Shown piece after piece: positions 28,152 to 36,735 of a stretch of DNA of 64,000 nt. The first letter of the stretch is position 1; each line of letters begins with the position of its first letter. Where the stretch lies: NCBI GenBank assembly GCA_029863245.1, contig JAOTVV010000006.1, positions 35,362-99,361 of the forward strand, read 5' to 3'. The notes beneath the pieces were generated by a model. That model ran no database searches. It worked only from the letters and a program-made list of their open reading frames with translations, and was not told the DNA's origin. This DNA comes from Gemmatimonadota bacterium (GTDB taxonomy: Bacteria; Gemmatimonadota; Gemmatimonadetes; Gemmatimonadales; GWC2-71-9). The position numbers and the translations under genes were made by a program.

Positions 28152-28649
28152 ATGAGACGCCGAGGCATGGCACCCCGGACGAGCCTCGTCGCGAGCGGCG
28201 CCCTCGTGACGATCCTCGTTCTGTCCTGTGGAGGCGGGCTCCGACCGTATCTCACCCCCCTCCCCGACGCGGTTGTCGACACGCTCGCCGCGCTACCGGT
28301 AGATGTCATTCGCGAAATCGCCACACTCGTCACGGCTGAGGGTCTCGTCATCAGAATCTCGAGCCCAGAGGAGGGATACCTCGAGACCGAGTGGTACGAC
28401 GTCGGCACGGCGGTCCCCGGGGACACGCCTTTCACCGATCCGCGTCGCAGCACCCTGCTACGGTTCTTCGCCGACCCGGAAGCTGACGAGGAAACCCGTC
28501 TGTCGGCAGAGGCCGTCGTGCGCCGTACCCTCGACCCATCGGTCCCGTCTCGACAGGGTGAAATGATGGCCCCGCCGGGACACCCGGGAAACGAGATGCT
28601 CCGTCGAGTACTCGCAGCGCTCGACAGCCGATTCGGACCGGCGCGATGA
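28152..28649 (+). CDS. Hypothetical lipoprotein
   Basis: Track ORF 28071-28649. ATG 28152 gives MRRRGMAPRTSLVASGALVTILVLSCGGG (lipobox LSC). The stop overlaps the next start (ATGA at 28646). Confidence 0.55.
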   Translation: MRRRGMAPRTSLVASGALVTILVLSCGGGLRPYLTPLPDAVVDTLAALPVDVIREIATLVTAEGLVIRISSPEEGYLETEWYDVGTAVPGDTPFTDPRRSTLLRFFADPEADEETRLSAEAVVRRTLDPSVPSRQGEMMAPPGHPGNEMLRRVLAALDSRFGPAR

Positions 28650-29884
28650 CTTTCGGCCGGCTCGGCTCGGGCTCGCCTACGCCACTCGACGGCCGGGAAT
28701 GGGACGTTGCTGTCGTGGGGGCAGGACCAGCCGGTACAACGGCCGCTCACCTCCTCGCCAAGGAAGGGCACACGGTGCTGCTGCTCGACCGGGCACCGTT
28801 TCCGCGAGACAAGGCATGCGGAGATGCTCTGATCCCCGACACCCTCAACAGCCTCAGGCGATTGGGCCTCTACGAGGAGGTCCGGCAGGTCGCCCAACGA
28901 CTCGGCACGCTCTCAGCATATAGTCCCGCCGGCATTCGGGTGGACATCCCCGGAGAGTTCCTGACGGTGCGCCGGTACACGTTCGATGCCCTGTTGCTCC
29001 AGGGCGCGGTCGACAACGGAGCCACCTTCCACGTGGCACCGGTAGTCAGCATCGACTCGCGAGCGGACCGCGTGCGTCTCACGACGCGAGACGGCCTCAC
29101 CGTTACCGCCAAGGTGGGTATTGTCGCCACCGGGGCAGATACCTCTCTCTTTCGAGGGGGCTCGACGCCCCGACCGTCTGCACCGAGTGGCGTGGCGCTG
29201 CGATGTTACGTGCGCTCGCCCGTGTCGATCGATCGCCTGATCATTTCGTACGATCGGTCGATCGTGCCCGGGTATGCATGGATCTTTCCGCTCGGTGACG
29301 GCCTGTACAACGTGGGGTGTGGCATCTTCTATCGGCACGAGCGAAAGCGGCGGATCAATCTCCGGAAGACGTTCGCCACCTTCGTCGAGACCATTCCGCA
29401 GGCGCGTGATCTATGGGAGACGCAGTGCTCTGCGACGTCGCTGGTCGGCGCAAGGCTTCGGTGCGGCCTCGATGCCTCCATGGCATACGACGGCGCTCGT
29501 GTCATTGGCATCGGTGAGGTAATCGCTACCACGTTTCCCTTCACCGGTGAAGGCATCGGCAAGGCGATGGAGACGGGAGAGATCGCAGCAGCTTCGGTAG
29601 CAGAGTCGTTGCGGCAGGGTACGACCGACGCGCTGGCCAGGTTCCCCACCATCCTCGAGCGGCGTGTCGCGCCTCGCTACAGAGGCTACCGGCGAGCGGA
29701 GAACTGGGTGGCCCAGCATTGGCTAGCGGATCTCGTGGCCAGGCGCGTGCAGCGCAGTCCGTCGCTCGGCAAGGTCGCAGCGGGCATCATGAGCGAGACG
29801 GAAGATCCGCGGGCCCTGTTCTCATGGAAGGCCATACTGCCGTCCCTGAGGACATGGCGGTCGGCCCGCCGCTCTGGTACATGA
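28646..29884 (+). CDS. Geranylgeranyl-reductase-family FAD-dependent oxidoreductase
   Basis: Dinucleotide-binding motif WDVAVVGAGPAGTTAAHLLAKEGHTVLLLDR, followed by PRDKACGDALIP. Length and layout fit the geranylgeranyl reductase / FixC-like flavoprotein family. Confidence 0.75.
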   Translation: MTFGRLGSGSPTPLDGREWDVAVVGAGPAGTTAAHLLAKEGHTVLLLDRAPFPRDKACGDALIPDTLNSLRRLGLYEEVRQVAQRLGTLSAYSPAGIRVDIPGEFLTVRRYTFDALLLQGAVDNGATFHVAPVVSIDSRADRVRLTTRDGLTVTAKVGIVATGADTSLFRGGSTPRPSAPSGVALRCYVRSPVSIDRLIISYDRSIVPGYAWIFPLGDGLYNVGCGIFYRHERKRRINLRKTFATFVETIPQARDLWETQCSATSLVGARLRCGLDASMAYDGARVIGIGEVIATTFPFTGEGIGKAMETGEIAAASVAESLRQGTTDALARFPTILERRVAPRYRGYRRAENWVAQHWLADLVARRVQRSPSLGKVAAGIMSETEDPRALFSWKAILPSLRTWRSARRSGT

Positions 29885-30951
29885 CCGTATCGATGGCGGC
29901 GCCCGAGCACAGCGGGGCGTTCTGCGATGCGCTGCTGCCCAAGGTATCCCGCACCTTCGCCATTTGCATTCGCCTGCTCCCCCCGGGACTCGACCATTCG
30001 GTTCTCGTGGCCTACCTCCTCTGCCGGATCGCGGACACCATCGAAGACAGCACCGCGCTCGATCAGACGTCCAAGGAGCGGCTGCTGCTCGCGTTCGGTC
30101 AGGCTGTCGGGGATCCGAGAGATCCCGCGGAGTCGGTTCAGGAGGCCTTTCCGAATCCGACGAGCGACGAAGAGCGCCTCGCGCACCACGCCAACCTGGT
30201 GCTACAGGAGTTCCGCCAGCTATCGGAGACACAACAGGTGGCCATTCGGCCCTGGGTGCAGGAGATGAGTCGAGGTATGGCGGAGTTCACCCGACGCAAG
30301 GGCGCCGCGCGCGCCGCGCAGCTTGAGGCCCTCGGCACGGTCGCCGAACTGGACCGGTACTGCTACATCGTTGCCGGTACCGTCGGTCACCTCCTCACCG
30401 AGCTGTTCTATCTCCACTCCGGCACGTGGAGCCGTGCACGATACGATCGCCTCACGGCTCGCGCGACGAGCTTCGGACTGGGACTCCAACTGACCAACAT
30501 CATCAAAGACGTGGCCGACGACCGCCGGCGCGGATGGAGCTTCGTGCCCCAGGAGCTGTGCCAGCTGGCGGGCATCACGCCGGACGAGCTGCACGACGGA
30601 CGCCACACGGCGGCGGCGCTCCGGGTGATGCACCTGCTGATTGCCAAGGCCAAATCCCACCTGCTCGATGCACTGGAGTACTCGACGCTGCTTTCGCACC
30701 GGCAGTACGGGATCCGGCTCTTTTGCCTCACCTCTCTGTACTTCGCGGTCCAGACACTGCACCTCGCCGAGCGAGACGACCGGCTCTTGGACCCCGATCA
30801 CAAGGTGAAGATCACCCGTCCCGAGGTGCTGCGGACGATCGCGATGTCTCGGATCGTGGCCCCGAGCAACGCGGCAGTCCGTTGGTACTTCCGTCGCCTC
30901 GCGGGAGCCGCTTGGTCTCGAGAGCCGATCCCGGCCGTGCCAGCTACCTGA
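29881..30951 (+). CDS. Squalene/phytoene synthase-family head-to-head prenyl diphosphate condensing enzyme
   Basis: Track ORF 29719-30951. ATG 29881 overlaps the upstream stop (ATGA). Motif LLPKVSRTFAICIRLLP. Both Asp-rich motifs are present: LLCRIADTIEDS and NIIKDVADDRRRG. Confidence 0.8.
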   Translation: MTVSMAAPEHSGAFCDALLPKVSRTFAICIRLLPPGLDHSVLVAYLLCRIADTIEDSTALDQTSKERLLLAFGQAVGDPRDPAESVQEAFPNPTSDEERLAHHANLVLQEFRQLSETQQVAIRPWVQEMSRGMAEFTRRKGAARAAQLEALGTVAELDRYCYIVAGTVGHLLTELFYLHSGTWSRARYDRLTARATSFGLGLQLTNIIKDVADDRRRGWSFVPQELCQLAGITPDELHDGRHTAAALRVMHLLIAKAKSHLLDALEYSTLLSHRQYGIRLFCLTSLYFAVQTLHLAERDDRLLDPDHKVKITRPEVLRTIAMSRIVAPSNAAVRWYFRRLAGAAWSREPIPAVPAT

Positions 30952-30976
30952 TTCGAGCCCGAGACTGACAGGACCC

Positions 30977-32617
30977 GTGCCCTCCACCCCGGTCGCTCCC
31001 CCTGCGTACCGCGGAACGTTCCGAACCGACCTCCCGGCACGCGCGGCCTACAGCGAAGGCGCCGGTCCGTACCGCATCGTTCCGGCTGGGGTGGCCATCC
31101 CCGCGGACCTCGACGATGTGGTCCGCATCGTAGCTGCCGCGAACAGCGACGGGTGGTCGTTGATCCCGCGGGGCGCCGGAAGCGGCATTCCCGGCCACAA
31201 CGTGGGTGAGGGGATCGTGGTCGACCTTTGCCGGCTGACGGATCCCCTCACCGTTGCCGACGGGTTGGCAGTCGTGGGTGCCGCCGTCACCTGGCAGGCA
31301 CTCGATCGATTGGCGAGCGACCACGGTCTCCGCCTCCCTCCGAACCCGTCGAGCGGCGCCTTCTGCACCGTGGGTGGCATGGTGGCCACCAACGCCGCCG
31401 GCGCTCGATCGGTTCGGTACGGTTCCATTCGACCGTGGGTCGCCGGGCTGGAGGTCGTGACCGGGACGGGGGACGTGATCCACCTGGTCCGCGGGCACCA
31501 CGAGAGCCGGCCTCGACAGGATGTCCAACCGGTGGTGGCTCGCTTCGCCGATCGGGTTCACCCTCGCATCACGCAGGCGGCGGACACCATTGCGCGTCGC
31601 TTCCCCCGGACGCGAAAGAACTCCGCGGGCTATGCGCTCGATGCCTATCTCGCATCCGGTGATCTCCTGGATCTCCTGGTCGGGTCGGAGGGAACGCTCG
31701 GCATCGTCACGCAGGTTCACCTCCGACTCGCGCCCGTGCCGGCTGCGGTCGGTGGCCTCCTCATCGGAGTCGACCGGATCGAGCGGCTGGGAGAGCTTGT
31801 TGGCGGGCTCCTCCTTCTCGAGCCCGCGGCCCTCGAACTGCTCGACACCACCTTCCTCGCCCTCGCTGGCTTTCAGGGCGCCGATGCCCTACCGGGAATG
31901 GACGCAGTGCTCCTGGTCGACTTCGAGACGGAATCGCTTGCCGAGCTCGAAGCGGTTCTGGATCGGGCGGCGACCCTGGCGGGGCCCCGTGCCCTCATCC
32001 AGCAAGCCCTGACCAAAGACGAGCACGACCGCCTCTGGCAGATCCGACATGCAGCGAGCCCAGCCTTGGCCCGGTTACCCGACACCACCCGCTCGCTGCA
32101 GATCGTCGAGGATGGGTGCGTGCCGGTCGAGCACTTGGGCCGCTACCTCTCCGGCGTTCGCGCCATCGCCGACGCGGTGTCGATCGACGTGGTGGCGTTT
32201 GGGCACGCCGGCGACGGACACGTCCACGTGAACGCGTTGGTCGATACGACCGACACTTCGTTGGCCGCGCGGCTTCGCGAACTGCTCGAAAGGGTGACGA
32301 ATCTGGTGCTGGACCTCGGAGGAACGCCAAGCGGTGAGCACGGGGACGGTCGCCTTCGCGCTGGCGCCGTGTCCCGCATGTATGGAGACGAGGTGCTCGA
32401 GTTGTTTCGGCTGGTCAAGGAGACGTTCGACCCTCGGGGTGTGCTCAACCCGGGGGTGATCCTCGGCGGACCCGACGACCCGGTGGACCGACTCAAGGTC
32501 GGCCCTCAGGCGGTCCCGATCCCCGAGGCGGTTGCGTCCGCGCTTCGCGGCCTCGAGAGACGCGCGGAGTGGGGGCAGTCCCGCTTGGAGTTGCTTGGCG
32601 AGTCCAATCCGCGATAA
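30977..32617 (+). CDS. FAD-linked oxidase (PCMH-type FAD_binding_4; GlcD / D-lactate dehydrogenase / alkyl-DHAP-synthase superfamily)
   Basis: GTG start 26 nt after the upstream stop. FAD-binding segment [22 protein letters not shown], plus C-terminal [10 protein letters not shown] and GEHGDGRLR motifs. Confidence 0.8.
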   Translation: MPSTPVAPPAYRGTFRTDLPARAAYSEGAGPYRIVPAGVAIPADLDDVVRIVAAANSDGWSLIPRGAGSGIPGHNVGEGIVVDLCRLTDPLTVADGLAVVGAAVTWQALDRLASDHGLRLPPNPSSGAFCTVGGMVATNAAGARSVRYGSIRPWVAGLEVVTGTGDVIHLVRGHHESRPRQDVQPVVARFADRVHPRITQAADTIARRFPRTRKNSAGYALDAYLASGDLLDLLVGSEGTLGIVTQVHLRLAPVPAAVGGLLIGVDRIERLGELVGGLLLLEPAALELLDTTFLALAGFQGADALPGMDAVLLVDFETESLAELEAVLDRAATLAGPRALIQQALTKDEHDRLWQIRHAASPALARLPDTTRSLQIVEDGCVPVEHLGRYLSGVRAIADAVSIDVVAFGHAGDGHVHVNALVDTTDTSLAARLRELLERVTNLVLDLGGTPSGEHGDGRLRAGAVSRMYGDEVLELFRLVKETFDPRGVLNPGVILGGPDDPVDRLKVGPQAVPIPEAVASALRGLERRAEWGQSRLELLGESNPR

Positions 32618-32670
32618 TTCGGGGAGGTCGGTGGCGTCGGGAAACACCCACCTGTTCCGCTCGAGAGGCC

Positions 32671-33465
32671 ATGAGACAGTATCTCCATCTCCTCCAGCAC
32701 ATCCTCGACCACGGCCATCCGAAAGCCGACCGGACGGGAACCGGGACGCTGAGCATCTTTGGCCACCAGATGCGCTTCGATCTCGGCGAGGGGTTCCCGC
32801 TGGTCACGACGAAGAAGGTGTACCTCAAGGCGATCATTCACGAGCTGCTTTGGTTCACGCGGGGCGACACCAACGTCGGGTACCTTCGGCAGCACGGGGT
32901 CAGCATCTGGGACGAGTGGGCGGACGAGCACGGGGACCTGGGACCGATCTATGGAGCGCAGTGGCGCTCGTGGCCGGCTCCCGATGGTCGTACGATCGAC
33001 CAGCTGGCCGGCGTGGTCGAGCAGATCCGCCGCGATCCGGATTCGCGCCGCCATGTCGTCAGCGCCTGGAATCCTGCCGACCTGCCCAGGATGGCACTCC
33101 CTCCGTGCCACATCCTGTTCCAGTTCTACGTGGCAGACGGGCGGCTCTCGTGCCAGCTCTACCAGCGGAGTGCGGACGTGTTTCTGGGGGTCCCCTTCAA
33201 CATCGCCTCCTACGCGCTCCTCACGCTGATGGTCGCCCAGAGCACGGGGCTTGAGCCCGGTGAGTTCATCCACACGTTTGGAGACGCCCACCTGTACACC
33301 AACCACTTGGAGCAGGCCCGACTCCAGATAGGCCGCGATCCCCGATCGCTCCCGACGATGCGGCTCGACCCGGCGGTCAGATCGATCTTCGATTTCTCGT
33401 TCGAGAACTTCTCGCTCCAAGGCTACGATCCACATCCCCGGATCGCGGCACCCATCGCGGTGTGA
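32671..33465 (+). CDS. thyA: Thymidylate synthase (ThyA type)
   Basis: Track ORF 32569-33465. ATG 32671 gives [36 protein letters not shown]. Active site [14 protein letters not shown]. Confidence 0.95.
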   Translation: MRQYLHLLQHILDHGHPKADRTGTGTLSIFGHQMRFDLGEGFPLVTTKKVYLKAIIHELLWFTRGDTNVGYLRQHGVSIWDEWADEHGDLGPIYGAQWRSWPAPDGRTIDQLAGVVEQIRRDPDSRRHVVSAWNPADLPRMALPPCHILFQFYVADGRLSCQLYQRSADVFLGVPFNIASYALLTLMVAQSTGLEPGEFIHTFGDAHLYTNHLEQARLQIGRDPRSLPTMRLDPAVRSIFDFSFENFSLQGYDPHPRIAAPIAV

Positions 33466-33995
33466 TCGTCTCACTCATCGCCGCGATGGCGGAGAACCGG
33501 GTGATCGGATCCCGGGGAAGCCTGCCCTGGCACCTGCCCAAGGACATGCGTCGGTTCAAGACCCTGACGACCGACCACGCGGTGGTGATGGGACGGAAGA
33601 CATTCGAGACCCTGACCCAACCGCTGCCGCAGCGCCGCAACATCGTGATCACCTCCAACCGTGAGTACCGCGCCGCCGGCGCCGAAGTCGTCCATGGTCT
33701 CGACGAGGCCCTGGCGCTGGTTGGGCACGAGGAGGAGGTGTTCGTGGCGGGCGGTGGGCAGGTCTACCGACTCGCCCTGCCGCACGCCTCCAGGATCTAC
33801 CTCACCGTCGTGCACGCGACCTATGACGGCGACGCCTTCTTCCCTGAATTCCCCGAGGGCGACTGGCTGCTCGTCAGCGATCACACCTTCCCCACCGACG
33901 AGCGGCACGCGGTGCCGTTCAGCTTCCGCGAGTACCATCGACCCACTCCCTCCAGAGGCGTTCCGGTCTCCAAAAAAAAGCTCGACGGGTCCTGA
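33462..33995 (+). CDS. folA: Dihydrofolate reductase
   Basis: GTG 33462 overlaps the thyA stop (GTGA). Motif [49 protein letters not shown] ~19-aa C-terminal tail contains the A8 run (VSKKKLDGS). Confidence 0.9.
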   Translation: MIVSLIAAMAENRVIGSRGSLPWHLPKDMRRFKTLTTDHAVVMGRKTFETLTQPLPQRRNIVITSNREYRAAGAEVVHGLDEALALVGHEEEVFVAGGGQVYRLALPHASRIYLTVVHATYDGDAFFPEFPEGDWLLVSDHTFPTDERHAVPFSFREYHRPTPSRGVPVSKKKLDGS

Positions 33996-34020
33996 TCGAC
34001 GGCTTCGCGAAGCGTCGAGC
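33972..34020 (-). terminator. Candidate intrinsic terminator that reads correctly only on the minus strand
   Basis: On the plus strand: A8 (33972-33979), then GCTCGACG (33980-33987) ... CGTCGAGC (34013-34020). On the minus strand this is an 8-bp GC stem with a structured 25-nt loop, followed directly by U8. Confidence 0.3.
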
Positions 34021-34066
34021 AGACCTGCGCGGAAGTGTCTCGGCAAAAATGACGTCGAAAAAACTA

Positions 34067-34095
34067 TTGCGTATCCGTTCATCATTCTTTATCGT
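34067..34095 (+). promoter_or_regulatory. Candidate sigma70-type promoter of the ATP-grasp/GNAT/KamA operon
   Basis: -35 TTGCGT (34067-34072), a 17-nt spacer, then -10 TATCGT (34090-34095). It sits in a locally AT-rich gap. RBS TGGAG lies 5 nt before ATG 34128. Confidence 0.3.
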
Positions 34096-34107
34096 GTTGC
34101 GCAACAC
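34094..34107. promoter_or_regulatory. Perfect 14-bp palindrome GTGTTGCGCAACAC, candidate operator
   Basis: Exact inverted repeat that overlaps the end of the putative -10 and the expected transcription start, 21 nt upstream of ATG 34128. Confidence 0.35.
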
Positions 34108-34127
34108 ACACTCGTTCTTGGAGTTCG

Positions 34128-35210
34128 ATGCGCATCGCACTCGCGTTCAACCAACGTCCGGAAGACGTCGTCGCCGATCACGGCGGCGACCGCCGGACCA
34201 CCTTCGAACCGCTCACCGACGAGTACGTCGAGTGGGATGACGCCGAGACGATCGCGGCGGTGCGCGACGCTCTCCAGGTCTTCGGGGACGTCGTGCCCCT
34301 CGAGGCCGTGGGCGACTTCCCGTGCAAACTCCGCGACGCCCGGGTGGACTTCGTCTTCAACATGGCTGAGGGCCACAGTGGTCCGAACCGGGAGGCACAT
34401 GTCCCGGCGATGGCCGAGTTCTTCGGCATTCCCTATCTGGGGAGTGATCCGCTCACGCTCGCGATCGCGCTCCACAAGATCCGGGCAAAGGAGGTCTTTC
34501 GGCAGCGCGGGGTGCCGACGCCGCCGTTCACCTGGATCGATTCCGAGGCTGATCTGTCGGTGCTGCGGAACGGGCATCCCTACCCGGCGTTCCTCAAGCC
34601 GGCCTGGGAGGGCTCCTCTAAAGGAATAGCGGAGGCCAACTACGCACGGACCCCGGCGGAGGCGGTCGAGCGCGCGCGGCATCTGCTGGAGGCCTATCGC
34701 CAGCCCGTTCTCGTGGAAGCGTTCCTCCCAGGTGAGGAGTTCACCGTCGCCGTCATGGGGAACGGGCTCGACGCGCGGGCACTGCCGCTCATCCGCTACC
34801 GGTTCGACGGCCTGCCGCCCGGCGCACTCCCCATTATGGGCTACGAGGCCAAGTGGAAGTGGGACGTGCCCGACACGCCGCTCGAGGTGCTCGAATGCCC
34901 CGCGGCGGTCGATGAGGAAGCCGCCGAGGCGGTGCGTCACACCGCCCTCGCCGCCTACCACGCCCTGGGCTGCCGCGACTGGGCTCGCGTCGATGTCCGA
35001 CTGGATGCCAGCGGTGCTCCACACGTCCTCGAGGTCAATCCCCTGCCCGGCATCATCCCCGACCCGGCAGCGAACAGCTGCTTCCCGCGCGCGGCGTGGA
35101 CGGCCGGGATGACCTACGACGACCTGATCCAGTCGGCCGTGCGGATCGCCTGGCGGCGGGTCACCGGTGGGGAACTCGCATCAGAACCCGTTTCAGGAGT
35201 CACGCACTGA
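34128..35210 (+). CDS. ATP-grasp ligase, D-alanine--D-alanine ligase-like (paralogue 1)
   Basis: Motifs MRIALAFNQ...VDFVFNMAEG...AEFFGIPYLGSDPLTLAIALHKIRAKEVFRQRGVPTPPF...FLKPAWEGSSKGI...EEFTVAVMGN...WARVDVRLDASGAPHVLEVNPLPG. This is the Ddl-type ATP-grasp layout. Confidence 0.8.
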   Translation: MRIALAFNQRPEDVVADHGGDRRTTFEPLTDEYVEWDDAETIAAVRDALQVFGDVVPLEAVGDFPCKLRDARVDFVFNMAEGHSGPNREAHVPAMAEFFGIPYLGSDPLTLAIALHKIRAKEVFRQRGVPTPPFTWIDSEADLSVLRNGHPYPAFLKPAWEGSSKGIAEANYARTPAEAVERARHLLEAYRQPVLVEAFLPGEEFTVAVMGNGLDARALPLIRYRFDGLPPGALPIMGYEAKWKWDVPDTPLEVLECPAAVDEEAAEAVRHTALAAYHALGCRDWARVDVRLDASGAPHVLEVNPLPGIIPDPAANSCFPRAAWTAGMTYDDLIQSAVRIAWRRVTGGELASEPVSGVTH

Positions 35211-36217
35211 ACATCGCGGCGATCTACGACGGCGGCGCAGAGAGCTGGAGTCCGGAGGACATCCGGGCCGTGCTCGCATCCGTCGCCACCGTGAGCCGCG
35301 TGCTAGAGACGGCGGGTCACGAGGTGACGCGCGTCTCCGTGCAGCCCGACCTCGCGTGGTTCGGCTCCGTGCGGGAGGCCGACCTGGTATTCAACCTGTG
35401 CGAGGGGGTCGGAGGCGTCAGTCGCCTGGAGGTCAACGTCGCCTCGATGATGGAACTGGCGGGGATTCCCTTCACCGGATGCTCGGCCTGGACGATGGCA
35501 GTGTGTCACCGCAAGCCGCTCCTCAACGCGTTCCTGGCGTCGCGGGGAGTGCCGGTTCCGCGCTGGCACGTCCCGGAAGGGGCGGCGGCCGTGCCCGACG
35601 ACTTCCCGCTCCCGGCGATCGTGAAGCCGGCCGCCGAAGACGCGAGCATCGGGATCGAGCAGGGATCGGTGGTCACCAGCCCCTCCGCCCTCCGCGATCG
35701 GGTGGCGCTGGTGCGGGAGCGGCATGGGACGGCCATCGTGCAGCAGTACATCGCCGGCCGGGAGCTGGCGGTGGGCTTCGTCGGTGACGGCATCCTCCCA
35801 CTGTCGGAAATCGACTTCACCCACCTGCCGGCCGGCGCTTGGCCGATCGTCTCGTTCGCCGCGAAGTGGCTCGAGGCGAGCCCGGAGTTCGCCGGGACCC
35901 AGCCGGTCTGTCCTGCGGACGTCGACGCCGACCTGGCCAACCGTATCGTGCAGATGGCGGCCTTGGCATGGCAGGCCGTCGAAGGTCGGGGATACGGGCG
36001 AGTCGATCTTCGGGTGGATGCGGATGGGAATCCCTGGGTCCTGGAGGTCAACCCCAATCCAGACCTCTCGGCCGACGCGGGGTTGGCGAACATGGCCCGA
36101 GCGCGTGGCTGGAGTTACGACCGGCTGGTGCTCCAGATCGTCGAGGCGGCTCGCAGTGGGCGGAGACAAAGCCCGGCCGTGCCGATCACTTCGACGCGTG
36201 AGGTCTCGCTCGCATGA
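35207..36217 (+). CDS. ATP-grasp ligase, D-alanine--D-alanine ligase-like (paralogue 2); start codon unresolved (CTG?)
   Basis: Track ORF 35096-36217. Homology to paralogue 1 begins at LNIAAIYDG (compare MRIALAFNQ). Between 35096 and that point there is no ATG, GTG or TTG in frame. CTG 35207 lies 7 nt after AGGAG and overlaps the upstream stop (CTGA). Motifs: ADLVFNLCEG, MELAGIPFTGCS, IVKPAAEDASIGI, GRVDLRVDADGNPWVLEVNPNPD. Confidence 0.75.
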   Translation: MNIAAIYDGGAESWSPEDIRAVLASVATVSRVLETAGHEVTRVSVQPDLAWFGSVREADLVFNLCEGVGGVSRLEVNVASMMELAGIPFTGCSAWTMAVCHRKPLLNAFLASRGVPVPRWHVPEGAAAVPDDFPLPAIVKPAAEDASIGIEQGSVVTSPSALRDRVALVRERHGTAIVQQYIAGRELAVGFVGDGILPLSEIDFTHLPAGAWPIVSFAAKWLEASPEFAGTQPVCPADVDADLANRIVQMAALAWQAVEGRGYGRVDLRVDADGNPWVLEVNPNPDLSADAGLANMARARGWSYDRLVLQIVEAARSGRRQSPAVPITSTREVSLA

Positions 36218-36735
36218 GCACCGCCGAGACGACCGTGACGATCGGCCCACTGCGGGCTGAAGACCGGGAGCGCGTCCGCGCGATGGTCGAGGCCACGCGT
36301 GTCTTCCGCTCCGACGAGATCACCGTGGCCCTCGAAGTGTTCGACGACCACATCACCCGTCCCGGCACCGACTACCACGCGATCGGCGCCTTCGACGATG
36401 ACGGACTGGTGGGCTTCACCCTATACGGTCCGACCCCTTGCACCAGCGCCACGTGGGATCTCTACTGGATCGTCGTCGATCCGGCGGCGCACCGACACGG
36501 GGTCGGTCGCAAGCTCATGGATCACACCGAACGGAACATCCGGATGCGGAAGGGGCAGCTGATCGTGGTTGAGACGTCGTCCCGCGACGACTATGGGCCG
36601 ACCCGGGGGTTCTACGATTCGATCGGGTACACCCGTGCTGCGCACATCGCGCAGTACTACGGTCCTCAGGACGATCTGATCGTCTACACCAAGCATCTCG
36701 CTCCTCCCGCAAAAGAGATGGCACACCATGGCTGA
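36214..36735 (+). CDS. GNAT-family N-acetyltransferase
   Basis: ATG 36214 overlaps the upstream stop (ATGA). The acetyl-CoA binding motif A is WIVVDPAAHRHGVGRKLMDH. Length is 173 aa. Confidence 0.85.
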   Translation: MSTAETTVTIGPLRAEDRERVRAMVEATRVFRSDEITVALEVFDDHITRPGTDYHAIGAFDDDGLVGFTLYGPTPCTSATWDLYWIVVDPAAHRHGVGRKLMDHTERNIRMRKGQLIVVETSSRDDYGPTRGFYDSIGYTRAAHIAQYYGPQDDLIVYTKHLAPPAKEMAHHG

